Made by a program: the position numbers and the translations under genes. A stretch of DNA of 64,000 nucleotides. Source: Gemmatimonadota bacterium (GTDB taxonomy: Bacteria > Gemmatimonadota > Gemmatimonadetes > Gemmatimonadales > GWC2-71-9). The notes beneath the pieces are model-generated. The model had not been told where the DNA came from. It did no database searches and worked only from the letters and a program-made list of their open reading frames with translations. Where the stretch lies: positions 5,381-69,380 of the forward strand of contig QHUZ01000040.1 of NCBI GenBank assembly GCA_003223395.1, read 5' to 3'. Shown here one piece after another: positions 60,191 through 64,000 of the stretch (its first letter is position 1; each line of letters opens with the position of its first letter).

Positions 60191-61194
60191 ACGACCCGAT
60201 TCGCGTCGGGGTGCTTGGGGCGGGCGCCATCGCGCAGGTCGCGCATTTGCCCGTGCTCAGGCGGCTCCCCGGCGTCGAGGTCGTCGCGATCTGCGACAAT
60301 GACGTCGGCAAGGCGCAAGCGCTCGCCAGTCGTTTCGAGGTGAAGGACACGTACGACGACATCGAAGAGGTACTCCGCTACGCAAGCGTGGATGTCGTCG
60401 TCATCTGCACGCCCAACCATCTGCACGAGATCCACGTCACCTCGGCCCTGGCGGCCGGCGTGCACGTGCTGTGCGAACGCCCGCTCGCGCTCACACTCGC
60501 GGGCGTCGAGCGTGTCCTCGCGGCGAGCGACAAGTACGGCAAGCGGGTGATGGTCGGCATGAATCACCGGTTCCGCTCCGATGTGCAGGCGGTGCGCGGC
60601 TTTCTCGCAGGGGGCGATCTCGGCGCCCTGCAGGCGGTGCGCGGTGGCTGGTACACGTTTCAGCCGAGCCGGCAGCTGCTGGGGTGGCGGCTGCGGCGCG
60701 AGCAGGCGGGCGGCGGCGCGGTGCTCGATCTGGGCCTGCCGCTCGTCGACCTCGGGATGTGGCTCGCGGGCTGGCCGACGCCCAAGCGCATCTCGGCGCA
60801 TTTGACCAGATCGAGTAAAGATGCGGTTGAAGACATGGGCTCGGCGCTGATTGTCTGCGAGAACGGCGTGTCGATCACGATGGACGTCAGCTGGCGCCAC
60901 CTCGGCGAAGGCGAGCGCTTCTGGTTCGACATCGTCGGGGCGAAGGGCTCGGCGATGATCCAGCCGCTGCGCATCTTCAAGGAGCAGCACGGCGCGGCGG
61001 TCGATGTCACGCCGACCGGCGCGACGGGTCGGGAAACGCAGTTCATCCAGTCTTACCGGGCGGAATGGATGTACTTCCTCGCGGTGATCAAGGGTGACGT
61101 GAACGCGCCGCCGCCGCGCGATCAGCTCGCGTTGCAGCGCGTGCTCGACGCCATCTACCGCTCCGCTGAGGAAGGCCGCGACGTATTGTTGTGA
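60187..61194 (+). CDS. Gfo/Idh/MocA-family NAD(P)-dependent oxidoreductase
   Basis: 335 aa with a GTG start in a GTGA overlap. Rossmann motif IRVGVLGAGAIAQ, plus VVICTPNHLH and VLCERPLA. Confidence 0.88.
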   Translation: MNDPIRVGVLGAGAIAQVAHLPVLRRLPGVEVVAICDNDVGKAQALASRFEVKDTYDDIEEVLRYASVDVVVICTPNHLHEIHVTSALAAGVHVLCERPLALTLAGVERVLAASDKYGKRVMVGMNHRFRSDVQAVRGFLAGGDLGALQAVRGGWYTFQPSRQLLGWRLRREQAGGGAVLDLGLPLVDLGMWLAGWPTPKRISAHLTRSSKDAVEDMGSALIVCENGVSITMDVSWRHLGEGERFWFDIVGAKGSAMIQPLRIFKEQHGAAVDVTPTGATGRETQFIQSYRAEWMYFLAVIKGDVNAPPPRDQLALQRVLDAIYRSAEEGRDVLL

Positions 61195-62750
61195 GCCGGC
61201 GCCGGTTGATCGTACTCGTCGTGTTGGGAGCCCTCGCGCTCACTGCCAGTTATCCGCCGTTTCCTCTCCCGATTCTCAGCTTCTTCGCCATCACCCCCGT
61301 CGTGCTTCTGATCCGGCAGGGCGTGCTCGTTGCCGATCCCCGCGCCGCGTTCCGCTGGGGCTGGTGGTACGGACTGGTCACCAACGCCTTGGTGCTCTAC
61401 TGGATGGTGGTCGCGCTCTGGCACTTCACGCCGTTCTCGGCGCTCGGCTATCTCGCGACGATCGCGATCATCGGCCTGCTCACCGCCGCGATGTTCTGGT
61501 TCGTCGTTCGGATCCGGCTGGCGTCACCGGCCGTGCCACTCTGGGTCGCGCTGCCCGTCGCCTGGACGGCGCTCGAGTGGCTCATTGGCCATCTGGGTGA
61601 CATTCGCTTCCCGTGGCTCGGCCTCGGCACGTCGCTCGCGGATGCGCCGATCCTGGTGCAGTGGGCGGATATCGCGGGCGCGCGCGGGGTGACGCTATGG
61701 CTGGCGTGGTGCAATGTGATGATTGTGGAAGCGGCAATCGACGTGCGCCGTGCGCCGTACGCCGTGCGCCGTTTCGGCGCCGTGCTTGCCACGGTCTTGC
61801 TCGCGCTCGGCTACGGAGCGTGGCGGATGAAGACGCTGCCGCTCCGGGATGTGGGCGTCATCGGGATGGTGCAACCCAACGAAGCGTTCAGCGAGAAGTG
61901 GGATCCCGCGCACGCCGACACTGCCATGAACACGTTGTTTTCGCTCTCGCGCGCCCTGCTGGCTCGACCGCCCCGGCCCCAGCTCCTGGTCTGGCCGGAA
62001 GCGGCGATCCCAGGATACTTCCTCGACCATCCGCAATGGGATGCCGCAATCTCGACGTTTGTACACGAGAATCGCATTCCGCTGTTGACCGGCGGGCTCA
62101 ACGCAGAACCGGAAGATGGGGGAGCAATCGGACGGCCCCGTGCGTATCGAATTTTCAACGCGGCGTTTTACTACGATACGACGGGCGACCGGACGCGCTA
62201 CCCGATCTACGCCAAGCATTATCTCGTGCCGGTGACGGAGCGGGTGCCGTTCGTTCCGGTGAGCCTATTCCGGGCGATCCCGGGCCTGTCGCGGTGGTCC
62301 GGAGGCTTTCGTCCCGGAACCACATCACCGGTCTACGAGTCTCCCGTCGGAAAGTTCGGCGTCGTGATCTGCTACGAGTCCGCGTTCGAGGATGCGACGC
62401 GCATCTATCGGGCGCATGGAGCGGATTTCTTCATCAACGTGACGAACGACGCCTGGTTCGGAAACACCAGCGCACCGGCGCAGCATGCGTCGCACCTGGT
62501 GTTACGAACGATCGAAACCCGCATGGGCGTTGCGCGTGCCGCGAACTCCGGCATTACGGAGTTCGTCGATCCCCTCGGCCGGGCATACGCGGCGACCAAA
62601 CTCAACGAAGCCACGGCCATCGTCGGCAGGCTGCAGACGAGTGATGTGATCCCGCTCTACGTCCGCCTTGGCGATTGGGTCGGGACGCTCGTCGTCGTGC
62701 TCACGCTCCTCGGCGCAGGACAGCTTGTCCAGCGACGCTTGCGTCCATGA
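61191..62750 (+). CDS. lnt: Apolipoprotein N-acyltransferase Lnt
   Basis: 519 aa. Multi-TM N-terminal half, then a CN-hydrolase domain (LVWPEAAIP, FGVVICYES, NDAWFG). Confidence 0.88.
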   Translation: MSRRRLIVLVVLGALALTASYPPFPLPILSFFAITPVVLLIRQGVLVADPRAAFRWGWWYGLVTNALVLYWMVVALWHFTPFSALGYLATIAIIGLLTAAMFWFVVRIRLASPAVPLWVALPVAWTALEWLIGHLGDIRFPWLGLGTSLADAPILVQWADIAGARGVTLWLAWCNVMIVEAAIDVRRAPYAVRRFGAVLATVLLALGYGAWRMKTLPLRDVGVIGMVQPNEAFSEKWDPAHADTAMNTLFSLSRALLARPPRPQLLVWPEAAIPGYFLDHPQWDAAISTFVHENRIPLLTGGLNAEPEDGGAIGRPRAYRIFNAAFYYDTTGDRTRYPIYAKHYLVPVTERVPFVPVSLFRAIPGLSRWSGGFRPGTTSPVYESPVGKFGVVICYESAFEDATRIYRAHGADFFINVTNDAWFGNTSAPAQHASHLVLRTIETRMGVARAANSGITEFVDPLGRAYAATKLNEATAIVGRLQTSDVIPLYVRLGDWVGTLVVVLTLLGAGQLVQRRLRP

Positions 62751-64000
62751 CGCGCGTCGGCGTCGATGTCGGCGGGACGTTCACCGATCTCGTCGCATTC
62801 AGGCCCGACGGCACGCTCGAGATTCGGAAGGTCGCCAGTACCCCCACGGATCCCAGCATGGGTCTGTTCCGAGCGCTCGAGGCTTTGGGTCCCCCATCCC
62901 CCGTCCCCATAGACGTTCTCGTCCACGGCTCGACTGTCGCCACCAACGCCCTGCTCGAGCGACGCGGTGCACGCGTCGTGCTGGTCACGACCGCCGGTTT
63001 CGAGGACCTCCTGTGGCTGCGCCGCCAAGATCGAGCCGCGCTGTACGATCTCGCGAAAGCCCACCCCGAGCCGCTCGTGGCTCGGCGGGACACGATCGGC
63101 GTCCATGAGCGAATGGGTCCGGACGGTGCGATCGAGACGCTCAATGAAAGCGAAGTGTCGCGCGTCACGGATCTGGTTCGCACGCTCGCGGCCGAGTCCG
63201 TCGCCATCGCGTTGTTGTTTGCGTTTCGCCATCCGGCGCACGAGCGCCGTCTCGCCGCCGCCCTGCGCGCCGCGCTGCCCACCATTCCCGTCACCGCCAG
63301 TCACGACGTCCTGCCGGTGTTTCGCGAATACGAGCGCATCAGCACGACCACGGCCGAGGCGTACCTGCGGCCGAAGGTGGCGGCGTATCTGCGGAAGACC
63401 GCGACCTTGACCGCGCAACACGGTGTGCAGTCCCTGCGGATCATGACGTCCAGCGGTGGAACCGTGTCCCCCGAGCAGGCGGCCAACCGCGCGGCGAGTC
63501 TGGCGCTGTCCGGTCCGGCAGGCGGCGTCGTCGGCGCACGACTCGTCGGTGCCGCAGTCCAGGCTCACGATCTCCTCACGCTCGACATGGGTGGCACGAG
63601 TGCCGACGCCAGTCTCATCAGCGGCGGGGTCGCGCTGACGGAGGGCGCAGAATCGGTGGCGGGGGTGCCGCTCGCGCTCCCTGCGATCCTGATCGAGACC
63701 GTGAGCGCCGGCGGCGGAAGTATCGCGGCGGTGGACGAGGGCGGCGCGCTGCGCGTCGGTCCCCGCAGCGCCGGCGCGGAGCCGGGGCCGGCGTGCTATG
63801 GGCGGGGTGGCACGGAGCCGACGGTCACCGACGCCTGCCTGGTGCTGGGCTGGCTCGATCCCCAATACCCGCTCGCCGACTCCGTCCGCCTCGACCGAGC
63901 GGCCGCGGAGCGCGCGCTGTCCACGTTGCCGTTTTCGCACGACGTCTGCGAGATCGCCGCCGGGATCGTGCAGGTCGCCACGGCGGTGATGGCTCGGGCG
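62747..64000 (+). CDS. Hydantoinase/oxoprolinase family protein (HyuA-like), N-terminal 418 codons; continues beyond the window
   Basis: This gene is not in the ORF track because it has no stop before the right edge. Hand translation from ATG 62747 (ATGA overlap with the lnt stop) gives MTRVGVDVGGTFTDLVAF...HGSTVATNALLERRGA...LDMGGTSADASLI...SAGGGSIAAVDEGGALRVGPRSAGAEPGPACYGRGG. Confidence 0.8.
   Translation, partial: MTRVGVDVGGTFTDLVAFRPDGTLEIRKVASTPTDPSMGLFRALEALGPPSPVPIDVLVHGSTVATNALLERRGARVVLVTTAGFEDLLWLRRQDRAALYDLAKAHPEPLVARRDTIGVHERMGPDGAIETLNESEVSRVTDLVRTLAAESVAIALLFAFRHPAHERRLAAALRAALPTIPVTASHDVLPVFREYERISTTTAEAYLRPKVAAYLRKTATLTAQHGVQSLRIMTSSGGTVSPEQAANRAASLALSGPAGGVVGARLVGAAVQAHDLLTLDMGGTSADASLISGGVALTEGAESVAGVPLALPAILIETVSAGGGSIAAVDEGGALRVGPRSAGAEPGPACYGRGGTEPTVTDACLVLGWLDPQYPLADSVRLDRAAAERALSTLPFSHDVCEIAAGIVQVATAVMARA

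Overview
This is a high-G+C, very gene-dense chromosomal segment with about 60 protein-coding genes. Many genes are joined by ATGA/GTGA start-stop overlaps or gaps under 20 nt. I recognised no rRNA, tRNA, CRISPR array, transposase or integrase by eye. The gene content suggests a diderm bacterium, possibly Gemmatimonadota- or Acidobacteriota-like; that guess is inference only, since no search was possible. The supporting content is TolC/MacA/RND envelope machinery, Lnt, many FtsX-type permeases, a short RpoD-like sigma factor and sigma-54 signalling.

Main blocks, left to right:
1. A broken Tat-signal class V aminotransferase and a lipoprotein.
2. A roughly 14-kb minus-strand gene chain: tolC, macA-like adaptor, one ABC ATPase, six tandem FtsX/MacB-type permeases (three alternating pairs of two subtypes), a short PIG-L deacetylase, cysteine desulfurase and mnmA.
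3. A creatininase-family gene head-to-head with a 1348-aa multi-pass NtrY-like histidine kinase, followed by a beta-barrel protein and a lipoprotein.
4. ispG, a CsaA-like tRNA-binding protein, a frameshifted AAA ATPase, and a membrane protein plus an Ig-like secreted protein.
5. An RND pump with its adaptor, comM/yifB, a Bor-like lipoprotein, a KefB-like antiporter and an MscS-like channel.
6. A tight six-gene minus-strand operon: Lrp regulator, EamA exporter, isochorismatase-like hydrolase, cupin, ABM monooxygenase-like protein and PLP decarboxylase.
7. larE, thpR and a sigma-54 response regulator flanked by small membrane proteins, then an aldehyde dehydrogenase.
8. panB, a ThrC-like gene (C-terminally truncated), thrB, a MoaD/ThiS-like carrier and a MoeZ-like E1-rhodanese. 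This could be a protein-thiocarboxylate, O-phosphohomoserine-dependent homocysteine route.
9. lepB, a sigma factor, yajQ, rimO, hemL, a SpoIID-like lipoprotein, a beta-barrel protein, a Gfo/Idh/MocA oxidoreductase, lnt and the start of a hydantoinase/oxoprolinase.

The items most worth a second look are the 1-ATPase/6-permease tripartite efflux locus, the sulfur-carrier/ThrC-like cluster, the decarboxylase operon, an AT-rich 22-bp inverted repeat that buries a start codon, and four genes that look internally deleted or frameshifted.

All functional calls come from reading motifs in the supplied translations and from my own hand translation. No database search was run.
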